A stretch of 64,000 nt of DNA from Eledone cirrhosa (Eukaryota), in assembly GCA_964016885.1 (NCBI GenBank), contig OZ024746.1, positions 17,608,001 through 17,672,000 on the forward strand. Direction: 5' to 3'. The first letter of the stretch is position 1; the number at the start of each line of letters is the position of its first letter. Under the pieces are notes generated by a model, which worked only from the letters and a program-made list of their open reading frames with translations, was not told where the DNA came from and searched no databases. Both the position numbers and the translations under genes were made by a program. Of this stretch, positions 25,401-39,100 are shown in pieces.

Positions 25401-27132
25401 TCTATTGTATGTGGTGGTGTACCTATTGTATGTGGTGGTGCATCTATTGTATGTGGTGGTGCACCTATTGTATGTGGTGGTGCATCTATTGTATGTGATG
25501 GTGCATCTATTGTATGTGGTGGTGCACCTATTGTATGTGGTGGTGCATCTATTGTATGTGGTGGTGCACCTATTGTATGTGGTGGTGCATCTATTGTATG
25601 TGGTGGTGCACCTATTGTATGTGGTGGTGCATATATTGTATGTGATGGTGTATCTATTGTATGTGGTGGTGCATCTATTGTATGTGGCGTTGCACCTATT
25701 GTATGTGGTGGTGCATCTATTGTATGTGGTGGTGCACCTATTGTATGTGGTGGTGCATCTATTGTATGTGGTGGTGCACCTATTGTATGTGGTGGTGCAT
25801 CTATTGTATGTGGTGGTGCATCTATTGTATGTGGTGGTGCACCTATTGTATGTGGTGGTGCATCTATTGTATGTGGTGGTGCACCTATTGTATGTGGTGG
25901 TGCACCTATTGTATGTGGTGGTGCACCTATTGTATGTGGTGGTGCACCTATTGTATGTGGTGGTGCACCTATTGTATGTGGTGGTGCATCTATTGTATGT
26001 GGTGGTGTATCTATTGTATGTGGTGGTGCATCTATTGTATGTGGTGGTGCACCTATTGTATGTGGTGGTGCATCTATTGTATGTGGTGGTGCATCTATTG
26101 TATGTGGTGGTGCATATATTTATGCGATGGTGCATCTATTGTATGTGATGGTGCACCTATTGTATGTGATGGTGCACCTATTGTACATGGTGGTGCACCT
26201 ATTGTATGTGGTGGTGCATCTATTGTATGCGATGGTGCATCTATTGTATGTGATGGTGCACCTATTGTATGTGATGGTGCACCTATTGTACATGGTGGTG
26301 CACCTATTGTATGTGGTGGTGCATCTATTTATGCGATGGTGCATCTATTGTATGTGATGGTGCACCTATTGTATGTGATGGTGCACCTATTGTACATGGT
26401 GGTGCACCTATTGTATGTGGTGGTGCATCTATTGTATGTGGTGGTGCATCTATTGTATGTGATGGTGCATCTATTGTAAGTGGTGGTGCACCTATTGTAT
26501 GTGATGGTGCATCTATTGTATGTGATGGTGCACCTATTGTATGTGGTGGTGCATCTATTGTATGTGATGGTGCATCTATTGTATGTGATGGTGCACCTAT
26601 TGTATGTGGTGGTGCATCTATTGTATGTGATGGTGCAGGATGTGTTGTTTACTAAGTGAAAAAGGTGGGACAGATTTTTGCTTTCATTCCATTCATAACA
26701 GCACATTTAATTAACATTAACTTCCTATATAGACAATATTAATTGCTTGATAATAAAGCCACCAACAATGTTAGAGATCAATAAATCAATATACTTCAAT
26801 GTTGGATATCAATAATAGCTCCATTCAGAATATTAAAGGTGAAGGTGGTGGTGGTGATTGTAGATATAAGTATTTATATATAAATAAATATAGGTGTCTA
26901 TTTATACAAACAGGAAATGTATGTATGTATGGTGTATGTATGTATGTATGTATGTATGTATGTATGTATGGTGTATGTATGTATGTATGGTATATGTATG
27001 TATGTATGGTGTATGCATGAATGTGGGTGTGTGTATTCTTACCCACAGCCACAAATATATACATATATATACACACACACACATATATATATGTGTATAT
27101 ATATATATACACATACACACACACACACACAC

Positions 27133-27167
<35 letters not shown>

Positions 27168-30100
27168 TATATATATATATATATATGAAAAGTATTAATA
27201 ACACATACAACAGAAGATGAAGATATAATCAGAGTTGGTATGTGAACAATAAATATTAATTGATTTCTTAATAGATCGATTTATTGATTGATATATGGGC
27301 AGTTGAAAGACATTAAAATGGCTTAGAGACAGAAAGGAGTTTTTATAAATAACAAATAAAATCAAACAAAACACACTAGAACTATGAAAGTTTTTCAATA
27401 TACATTTAATATATTATTAACACCATTGTGTTGATAATATTTTGAAGACTGGGTATTTGGATTCATTTGTGTCATGTTAACTCTCATCATTCAGTAGTTA
27501 TTTAGCAGAAAACTAATGTAAAGGTTTAAAGTTTTTACTGTGGTGCAGTCATAATGCCGCTTTGTATTTTTCAAGAATGTCTTATTAATGTGATTTTATG
27601 TGATTTGATAATTCAAATGTTTATAGTATCGTTAGTAGTGGACAGATTGTTGTGAAAATTTGCAGTAAACTAAAGATATTGGTATAGTCAAAGTACCGTT
27701 TGATATTTTTCAACAATATCTTGTTAATATGATATCATGTGGTACAGGATGTTAAGAGTTAATAATTGTTTCTACTTTAGGCACAAGGCCAGCAATTACC
27801 CAGTGCATTACTGGTACTTTATTTTATCGACCCCGTAAGGATGAAAGGCAAAATCAACCTCGACGGGATTTGAACTCAGACCGTAAAGGGACGTAACTAT
27901 GCTGGAAAGCATGGCGTCCGACTCTCTACCGATACTGCCAATCCACCGCCGTTAAGAGTTAATAATGTGTATTAATTTCCTACTAAAGACATGTGGCTTA
28001 GTGAATGGGTGTTGAACTTATGTTTGTAAGGTCATCAGTTCAATTCCCATATTACATGGACTATTGAGTCCTTAAGCAAAATTTGAAGACCTAGTGTGTC
28101 CTTGAGCAAGATTTGAGGGCCTATTGTACAGACATAAGATGTACCACTCATAACCAGCTCTGTCCAGACACAAGATATTGCTCTGCTTATTTTCCAAACA
28201 CTATCTAGAATTGAGGTGTCATGGAATTAAAGAGCAAAAATATTTATATTAACCTAAAAATCGTCCATCATAATTTTATGTAAGAACATTTGTTAAGTTA
28301 TGTCCCAAACACCAGCTAAATAACGAGGAAGTTAATTATATCATTAAATACCTCCAAATTTTTGATTATTTTCAAAATTACTTGAAAATCATAGGCCAGT
28401 GTCTTTCATTAGAAATATGGTGATACAACAATTGCAGTGGCATAGTTAGAGTGTGTGCCATTCAGAGAAGAGTGTGCCACTCAGGGTAGAGTGTGTGTCA
28501 CCTAGGGTAGAGTGTGTGTCACCTAGGCTAGAGTGTGTGTCACCCATGCTAGAGTGTGTGTCACTCATGCTAGAGTGTGTGTCACCCAGGCTAGAGTGTG
28601 TGTTACCCAGAGTAGTGAGTGTGCCACTCAGGGCAGAGTATGTGTCATCCAGGGTAGAGTGTGTTACCCAGAGTAGTGAGTGTGCCACTCAGGGCAGAGT
28701 ATGTGTCACACAGGGTAGACCCAAAAATGAAATACCATTTTTACTTCACAGTAAAAAGAACAGAAATAGAGAAGGCATGAAAAGAAAAGAAATTAAAGGT
28801 TTGGCTGGTACTTACCAAATCTGTAAGAAGCTGTGGTCTCGGTAACTGCATAGTCCGTATTATATATGGAATATTTACAGTTCTTTCTTTTTGCAATAAC
28901 AACAGGGAAGAAAATACAACACAAAATAGTCCACTTCGTTCAGCACCATTCCTGTTAAAGAATAATATTACATTTAGAGATGTTATTCTTCTGAAATATT
29001 CTATAAGGGTAGATTTTCAAAATGTGTAACCTACAAATAATATCTTGACTTTAGTGTAGATATAACAGACAACAAGAAGTGTTTTAAGGCCAGTTTTCTT
29101 GCAGAAGTAACAGTTATCATTATAACAGTCTTATGGCATTTATATCTATGATGTAACTTATTCTAAATCATAAAAACACAGTTATGAGTGGACATTTCTA
29201 GCTTCAGCTAATATTCCAGGAGGATCGAATTTCAAACTTGTGTATGTGTATCCAGTTTACAATAGGTATACTATATCCCTGTGTGTTGTGGTACTGTGTA
29301 TATCCAGTTTACAATAGGTACACTGTATCCCTGTGCGTTGTGGTACTGTGTATATCCAGTTTACAATAGGTATACTGTATCCCTGTGTGTTGTAATTCTG
29401 TGTATATCCAGTTTACAATAGGTATACTATATCCCTGTGTGTTGTGGTACTGTGTATATCCAGTTTACAATAGGTATACTGTATCCCTGTGTGTTGTAAT
29501 TCTGTGTATATCCAGTTTACAATAGGTATACTGTATCCCTGTGTGTTGTAATACTGTGTATACCGAGTTTACAATAGGTATACTGTATCCCTGTGTGTTG
29601 TAATACTGTGTATACCGAGTTTACAATAGGTATACTGTATCCCTGTGTGTTGTAATACTGTGTATACCGAGTTTACAATAGGTATACTGTATTCCTGTGT
29701 GTTGTACAAGGCAACAAAAAGAGTTGGCACAAAGAAGGATGACTGGCCTTGAAATATTACCTGAAAAATGACTCCATTTAAAACAGTGAACAACCACACG
29801 GAGACCCAGGTTAAAGTGAACAACAATTTACTTACAAACAGTGAACAACCATTGGTGCTTTCGGGTTAGTCTGTGTTTGCTGAAGATGTTGTTTAATTTC
29901 TTCAATCATGTGTAAAAATGATACAGTATTGTTTGGTACTGCAGATGTTGCTGGCCATGATGTGTATTGGTACTGCTTCACACTCAGTTGTTTGCCCTGC
30001 AGTAAATATATAATAATAATAATAATGGTTTCTGATTTAGGCACAAGGCCAACAATTTTTTGGGGAAAGGAAAGTCGATTAAATTGATCCCAGTGTGTGA

Positions 30101-33100
30101 CTGGTACTTTATTTTATCAACTCCATAAGGATGAAAGGCAAAGCTAACCTCAGCAAGATTTGAACTCAAAAAATAAAGCACTGGAACAAACACTGCAAAG
30201 CATCTGTCAGCTGTTTTAACAATTCTGCCAATCTGCTGCCATATTAATTACTCAAATAATAATAATAACTATCTGGAAAAACCTCAACATAAATTAAGGA
30301 CAGATATGAAGAGTATGGAAGGATGTTAATAGGAGAAAGGGCAAGATTGCACCTCATCATAGACACCGGGTTGTGGTCTTCACTTAACTGAAAAACATCC
30401 AACAAAATATTTGCCATTCCACTACTCCTGGACTGGTTTTTATATTATTTAACCCCTGAAAAGATGAACGACAAAGTTGACCATGGCAGAATTTGAACCC
30501 AGAATACAGAGAGTTGGTACAAATATGAGGTCTTTAATCAAACAGTCTAACAACATCTTAAAGACCAATCATCATCATTATCATCATTATTGTTTAATCT
30601 CTATTTTCAATGTGTGCATGGGTTGGATGGTTGTCATGTACTGAGGCCTGATTGGTCAGGTGACTAGGTCCTGCTTGTACGCCTTGCTTTGGCTTGGCTT
30701 CTCTAGCTGGATGTCCTTCCTAACGCCAACCACTTTACAGTATGTACTGAGAGCATTTTATCATGATGTCAGCACTACAAACTTACAGGATGGATTGAGT
30801 GGTTTTCGTCATGGCCGCAGCACTACACCCTCACAGGGTGGACTGGATGCTTTTATCATGGCACCAATGCTATCACATTACAGGGTGGACTAGGTGCTTT
30901 GGTCATGGCACCAGCACTACCTCATTACAACACTAGTGAGCTCAGAGTATTTGGTCCTGCTAGGGTGTGGTGGGTGGATTGAAGTAGTGTTTAAAACATT
31001 ATCAAACAAAGAACAGTTCCTTTTCCAATTTGAATGTGAAATTTAACAAACCGTCTCTGAATTTTGTATGAACAATATTCTTTCCATAAAGTCTGTCTTC
31101 TCTTCTGCCTTACTGCTATGGACTATTATATGTCCAAACTCAATTTCACCATCATCCTTCCAATATTTACAGCAGGTCTGCAAAATTATTAAAAATAAAA
31201 TAAAAAAAAACAAACACATTTTGCTAATTAATAAATTAAGGGGCAATATATACAATAAGGATGAAATGTGAATGTGAATCTAGTGATGAAATGTGAATCT
31301 AGTGATGAAATGTGAATCTAGTATTGAAATGTGAATCTAGTGATGAAATGTTAATCTTTACTACCATGTGGTCAACAAAGTGGAGCAAAACTCCTAAAAA
31401 CCACAATAAATCATTTTCTGTAACTCCTGATAATTATATAAGTTTTTAAAGTCTAGCAGCAATCTGTAAAGTAAGAATTGTAAATGGTGAAATTGTAACT
31501 CACTTCATCCATAGAATCATCACTATTCAACATCACAATTGTGCTACTTTGGATATCACAAACCATCTGCCAAAAATCTTCAATAGTTTCCTTCATTGGC
31601 ATCTGTGTAGCTATATAATTGCGGGGATTTTCATGACTCTGTAATTGAAATGGAAGAAAATATAAACATAAACCCACTGACTAGAATTTTTAAAAATCAA
31701 GATAAAAAAAAAATCTTCTAATTTAGATCCAAGTCAAAGTGTCAGATAGAATATTCTGGTCATCTGGTTCCTACAGCCTCACGATAACAAGTCACTACGC
31801 TCTTCCATCTTTCTCTGTCTCTAGCAAGGATTGGCTCTTGAAACCAGTTTGTGCCACACCTGTGCAGGTCATCTTTTAGGGTGGATCTCCAGGTTTTCTT
31901 TGGCCTACCCCCTTGGTCTTTTCCCAGCAGCTGGCAAACACAACATTGCATTTCTTGCTGGTATATTGTCTTCTATTCATATGACATACTCTGCTAGTAC
32001 AATGTACTGCCTGGATCAGAAATGGAACCCACAACTTTATGATCATGATTACTACAACCTAACTAAAAGACAAGGGGTTGGAAGTTTGTATCTTGTTTTT
32101 ACATTTTATAGACAGACAAGTGTCAGAGAGGGCAGGTGGCTGTAAAACATTTGCCTCAAATCCTCATGTCCAACCCATGCCAACATGGAGGATGAGGAGG
32201 AGGAGGAGAGGAGGAGGGGGGAGAGGAGAAAAAAGCAAAAAAAAACAAAAACAGTATAAATATAAGAAATCAGATATACAATTACAGGTAGATAAACCGC
32301 ATTGATATATCGTGGCTGGCCATCTGGTGCAGGCTTTAGATAGGGGCGATACAAGTCACCTGAAATGTTTAAAAAAAGAAAGTGTTTTGATTATAAATAA
32401 TCAAATTTGTAATTTTAATGTTCTACTTGACAGAAAACTGTTGTGATAGTTGATATATCACCTCAATAGATGGCATGTTACCTCTGTGGTAGGTATGTTA
32501 CCGCAGTGGTAGGTATGTTACCTCAGTGGTAGGTATGTTACCTCAGTGGCAGGTATGTTACTTCAATAGAAGGTATGTTACCTCATTGGTAGGTATGTTA
32601 CCTCAGTGGTAGGTATGTTACCTCAGTGGTAGGTATGTTACCTCAGTGGTAGGTATGTTACCTCAGTGGTAGGTATGTCACCTCAATAGATGGCATGTTA
32701 CCTCTGTGGTAGGTATGTTACCTCAGTGGTAGGTATGTTACCTCAGTGGTAGGTATGTTACCTCAGTGGCAGGTATGTTACTTCAATAGAAGGTATGTTA
32801 CCTCAGTGGTAGGTATGTTACCTCAGTGGTAGGTATCTTACCTCAGTGGCAGGTATGTTACCTCAGTGGCAGGTATGTTACCTCAGTTGTAGGTACGTTA
32901 CCTCTGTTGTAGATATGTTACCTCAATGGTAGGTATGTTACCTCAGTGGTAGGTATGTTACCCCAATAGAAGGTATGTTACCTCAGTGGTAGGTTTGTTA
33001 CCTCAGTGGTAGGTATGTTACCTCAGTGGAAGGTATATTACCTCAGTGGTAGGTATATTACCTCAGTGGAAGGTATGTTACCTCATTGGTAGGTATGTTA

Positions 33101-36100
33101 CCTCATTGGTAGGTATGTTACCTCAGTGGTAGGTATGTTACCTCAGTGGTAGGTATGTTACCTCATTGGTAGGTATGTTACCTCATTGGTAGGTATGTTA
33201 CCTCAGTGGTAGGTATGTTACCTCAGTGGTAGGTATGTTACCTCAGTGGTAGGTATGTTACCTCAGTGGTAGGTATGTTACCTCAGTGGTAGGTATGTTA
33301 CCTCAATAGTAAATATGTTACCTCATAAGTAGGTATGTTACCTCAATAGTAGGTATGTTACCTCAGTGGTAGGTATGTTACCTCAGTGGTAGGTATGTTA
33401 CCTCAGTGGTAGGTATATACACAATACAATTTAGTCAAAATAATAATAAGCTACTTACTAGCAAGAATATTTTTCACACGCGTTTTATTCAAATTATTTT
33501 TCAATTTTGCCGTTTCTAAAAATTCTTGAGATGTCTGAGGATATTCAAGTTCTTGTAGTTCCTGAGTGGAAATAAAAGGTTGACAAATTTCATGTAGTCT
33601 GAGAGAAAAAGGCAATGGCTGTGATGTCAGGGAGGGGCTGTGTCTATAGTCCTTTTCAGGGCCTCTGAGACTGGTAAGAGAGAAATGGACAGTGTGTATG
33701 ACCCTTTCTTGGGCCACCAAAAGTGCTGAGAGGGATGGGGTAGTACCTATGACCTGCTTCAGGGTTTCCAAAAGTACTGAGAAGGAGGAGTAGTGTGTAT
33801 GACCCTTTCTAGGGTCTCCAAGGGTGGTGAAAGGGAGGAATGAAGGTACTGTAAACAAGTGACTTGGTCTGAATGATTGCATTAACACACCTACTACCAA
33901 CAACAGCAGTTGCCATGTTAAGGTTAAATGAAAGTCTTAATGTAATACATCTACCACCAACACCAACAGTAGCTGCCATATTAAGAGTTAAGTGAAAGTT
34001 GATGTTGAAACAAACCTGAAATTGTTGCTGTAGAAGTGTTTTGGAAGAAACATTCTCCTCATTTTCTTCATTCAACTTCTGATAAAAATTGGGGAAATTC
34101 TCAATGGTTACTTGTGTTTGCTGTAAAAATATACTTTCCACAAGAGCAAAGTAGATGAATTCATACTGATCCTAAAGAAAGAAAGAAAGAATGTGTTATA
34201 CCTTCATTTAACCCTTTAATTACCATGTTATTAATGAAAGACACTATGTCATTAACCCTTTCATTACCATGTTTCCAATGAAAGACACTGTCTATATATT
34301 AACCCTTTCATTACCAAGTTTCTAATGAAAGACACTGTCTATATATTAACCCTTTCATTACCATGTTTCCAATGAAAGACACTGTTTATATCATTAACCC
34401 TTTCATTGCCATGTTTCTAATGAAAGACACTGTCTATATATTAACCCTTTCATTACCATGTTTCTAATGAAAGACACTGTCTATATATTAACCCTTTCAT
34501 TGCCATGTTCTAATGAAAGACACTGTTTATATCATTAACCCTTTCATTACCATGTTTCTAATGAAAGACACTGTCTATATATTAACCCTTTCATTACCAT
34601 GTTTCTAATGAAAGACACTCTATATATTAACCCTTTCATTGCCATGTTCTAATGAAAGACACTGTCTATATATTAACCCTTTCATTACCATGTTTCTAAT
34701 GAAAGACACTGTCTATATATTAACCCTTTCATTACCATGTTCTAATGAAAGACACTGTCTATATATTAACCCTTTCATTGCCATGTTCTAATGAAAGACA
34801 CTGTCTATATATTAACCCTTTCATTACCATGTTTCTAATGAAAGACACTGTCTATATATTAACCCTTTCATTACCATGTTTCCAATGAAAGACACTGTCT
34901 ATATATTAACCCTTTCAATACCATGTTTCTAATGAAAGACACTGTCTATATATTAACCCTTTCATTGCCATGTTTCTAATGAAAGACACTGTTTATATCA
35001 TTAACCCTTTCATTGCCATGTTTCTAATGAAAGACACTGTCTATATATTAACCCTTTCATTACCATGTTTCTAATGAAAGACACTGTCTATATATTAACC
35101 CTTTCATTGCCATGTTCTAATGAAAGACACTGTTTATATCATTAACCCTTTCATTACCATGTTTCTAATGAAAGACACTGTCTATATATTAACCCTTTCA
35201 TTACCATGTTTCTAATGAAAGACACTGTCTATATATTAACCCTTTCATTGCCATGTTCTAATGAAAGACACTGTCTATATATTAACCCTTTCATTACCAT
35301 GTTTCTAATGAAAGACACTGTCTATATATTTACCCTTTCATTACCATGTTCTAATGAAAGACACTGTCTATATATTAACCCTTTCATTACCATGTTGCTA
35401 ATGAAAGACACTGTCTATATATTAACCCTTTCATTACCATGTTTCTAATGAAAGACACTGTTTATATCATTAACCCTTTCATTGCCATGTTTCTAATGAA
35501 AGACACTGTCTATATATTAACCCTTTCATTGCCATGCTTCTAATGAAAGACACTGTTTATATCATTAACCCTTTCATTGCCATGTTTCTAATGAAAGACA
35601 CTGTCTATATATTAACCCTTTCATTACCATGTTTCTAATGAAAGACACTGTCTATATATTAACCCTTTCATTGCCATGTTCTAATGAAAGACACTGTTTA
35701 TATCATTAACCCTTTCATTGCCATGTTTCTAATGAAAGACACTGTCTATATATTAACCCTTTCATTACCATGTTTCTAATGAAAGACACTGTCTATATAT
35801 TAACCCTTTCATTGCCATGTTCTAATGAAAGACACTGTTTATATCATTAACCCTTTCATTGCCATGTTTCTAATGAAAGACACTGTCTATATATTAACCC
35901 TTTCATTACCATGTTTCTAATGAAAGACACTGTCTATATATTAACCCTTTCATTACCATGTTTCTAATGAAAGACACTGTCTATATATTAACCCTTTCTT
36001 TACCACGTTTCTAATGAAAGGTACTGCCTATGTCATTAACCCTTTCATTGCCGTGTTTCTAATGAAAGGTACTGCTTATGGTTTTCAAATCATTTTGAAA

Positions 36101-39100
36101 CTAATCAAAAATTTGAAATATTTAGTAATGTAAGCTGTTCTCCTACATTGTCCAGACATATATCATTATGGTAGCGGTGGCAGTGGTCTGTGTACATTAT
36201 ATATATATATACATGTATGCATATATGTCTCTAAGACATGACAACTTCCCTACTAGCAAAGAAATCAGATGTTAAGCCATGATGACAATGATGATAATGA
36301 TAAAGATAATGATGATGATGATGATTAAGATGATGAGTTTTAATATATAAAGTTGAAATACCTCAATCTGTACCATGTTCAGTCTGGCTTTTCTCATTCG
36401 ATTTACACACCCAAATATATCTATGGTGCCTTGGTGTAAAGCTTCGTCCATTAAGAAATCAAGGGCAATAAATGTGCCACTCCTGCCAATTCCAGCACTA
36501 AAAGAAAGGCAACAAAAATATATAAAATGGGGAGTAAATAAAAATAACTAACAAGCAAATAAAACTAATTCAAAAATATTTTGCCTCAATCTGGCAAAGG
36601 TTTGTGTTTTAACTTTTAACATTTCTCAAATGATTAGCAGAAAGTATTCAAAAATGGCTTTGTTAAATTCAAATGTTTATAGTACCTTTATTAGTGGACA
36701 GATTGTTGTGACCATAGCCCCAGTTCAGGAACTATCAAGAATCCCTAGACTAAGCCCTAAAAAAAGAAAAGTAATGAAATAATATTTACCTGCAGTGTAC
36801 TACAAGGGGACCGGTTTCTGCTTCAGTATCATTACGAATTTTCATCATGAAGTTAACCAATCCAGTCGGGGTTGGGGGAACTCCATGATCTGACCATGAG
36901 GTAAAGTGAAATTGATCCAGTTTTCTCACTGGTTCTTCACCCTAATATAGAAAAGAAAGAGATGTAGATTTTAGAGATGATAGCTGCTGCCTCCACTGCT
37001 ACCATCACCACCACTTCTTCCACTTCCATCACTACCATCAATACCAACACCACAACTACTCCTACCACCACCACCACCACCACTGCCACCACCATCATTT
37101 GACTTCAGTAGCAGATGGCCATCCCCTATTGCCAATCCACCCTCTATAGCTAATCTGCCTCCTATTATCATTCTACCCCCTATTGCTACTCTTATGAGGT
37201 AGACTCAATATGTTCCTTTACTCTCAATAAAGACCCCTCTGTTGTAGACATTCAGGTAAGGTCTCTAGTTTGAGGACCCCTTCCGTTCTTTTTCCTTTCC
37301 TGACAAAACAATAAAAATAATCAGCTGCCTGTTGCCAAGTGTAAAAAAATAACATCTGTTTTTCCATGTTGGCATGGGTCAGACAGATTGTCAAAGACCA
37401 AATCAATGTTTCATTTGTGTTACTGTCCTACCCTCTCAGGTGGGACAAAAGGCATGTCTTATTTACATACATTCCACTGTTGGCATAGTTTCTACAGCTG
37501 AATGTCATCCCTAATGCCAATCACTTTACAGAGTGTATTGAGTGCATTTTCTTGTGACCCCCAGCAGTAAAAACTTTGTCATGTCCTTCACATAACTGAA
37601 GCATCCTCTCAACCCCTTTTGGCATGGCTTCTATAGTTGGATGCTCTTCCTAAAAGCAATCACTTTACCAAGTGTACTGGATACATTATATCATGGCACC
37701 ATCACTAAAAAGATTATTATGTCCCCAAAACAAGTGGAGATTCTTCTCAAACGTTTTTGTCATGGCTTCTATGTCTGGATGCCCTTCTTAATACCAACCC
37801 CCTTATAGAGCTCAACACTTTATCTGACACGGATCCTACAGCTGGATACCCTTCCTCACATCAACCACTTTACAGACTGTACTGGGTGCATTTAATTTTG
37901 ACCCCAGCACTACATGTTGCCAATCCACTGCCAAAATTGAAAATCCCCATTCAAAATTTAAAAACAGAATCAGTAAACAATTTCAATATAAAATATCAAT
38001 ACTTTGGTGTTTGACACAGGAAGTTGTGTCAAATGTATTATAAGAAGGACTGGGATTGTATTTCATACCTTTTGTAAAAGAAATGACCTGATGGTAAAAT
38101 CACTGAAGTTTTGTTCTCGAATACATCGGATCTTTAAATCTCCAGAAACTTTCACCTCTTTATCTGGCCAATACTTTTCACATTTTGTCTGGAAATTGCA
38201 AAATAAATATAATTATTTTATCAATTATAAAGAAACAAGTATTTTTGTTAAAACGGGCAAATAAAATGTTATATACTCTAAAAAGATAAAGAAGGGTCTT
38301 AGACCCAAAATATTAGGACAGGTAAATAAAATAACAGGTAACACACCAACATCTTTATTGCCTTCAATTTATTCCAAAATCTACCGTCCATTCAGCCTTG
38401 TTGTAGCCTTCAACTAACTACTTTATACACTAACACAATGCTTCAAGCAAACTACAACATGCTCTTATTTTTGTTAATATTTGAAAGGGAAATGGAAGAG
38501 ATTCTAGATATTATGCTCTCAGAGCACCCTCCTCCATTGCTAAGATAGCAGAAGCTATCAACCACTTCTTTGTGACTGGAATAGGCTTACATCACTGGTT
38601 ATCTTTCTCTCGATTACCCCTGAGCATCCTCTACAAACAAAGTCTTCCTATCCTGTTAGCTTACTTGTTTTCTCACTAAATCTCTTGTGTGCCCCAAATT
38701 TACATTGTGTACTGCGTATGGAGTTTAAGCCTACTCCCTTTCTACATACTGAGCAGGGCCACTTCCCTGAAGGAATCAGGGTCCTATCTTCTCTTCTACT
38801 AACAAGCACTTTAATTTTGGCCTTTTGATTCAAATTCTGTTTCCATAGTCGGGACTTATTTTCTAGGTGTTTAATGGAGTTGGCTATAAGAGAAGTTCCC
38901 ATGGGCAGTTGGTCTTAAACTCCTCTTTTATAGCCTGGAGAACTATAATGAACAACAGTGGGCTAAGAACCGAACCTTGATGAACTCCTACTTGTACCTT
39001 GAAACCCTCACTAAACTCATTTCCTACTCTCACATTGTTGACAGCTCCCTAGTAAATGACTCACACTGCTCTCACCAACCATTCTTCTACACCTAATTTC

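Noticed and set aside
24606-26706. 583-aa and overlapping long ORFs (GGAPIVC, YNRCTTT, VVHLLYV)
   Set aside because: Open in several frames on both strands because the 21-bp unit lacks stops; intronic minisatellite with frameshifting variants
32455-36080. CRISPR-like arrays
   Set aside because: Units are contiguous with no unique spacers, there are no cas genes, and the context is a eukaryotic intron
38285-38320. GGGTC-tta-GACCC hairpin in hammerhead-like context
   Set aside because: Core reads ATAAAGA and AAAA; too decayed to support
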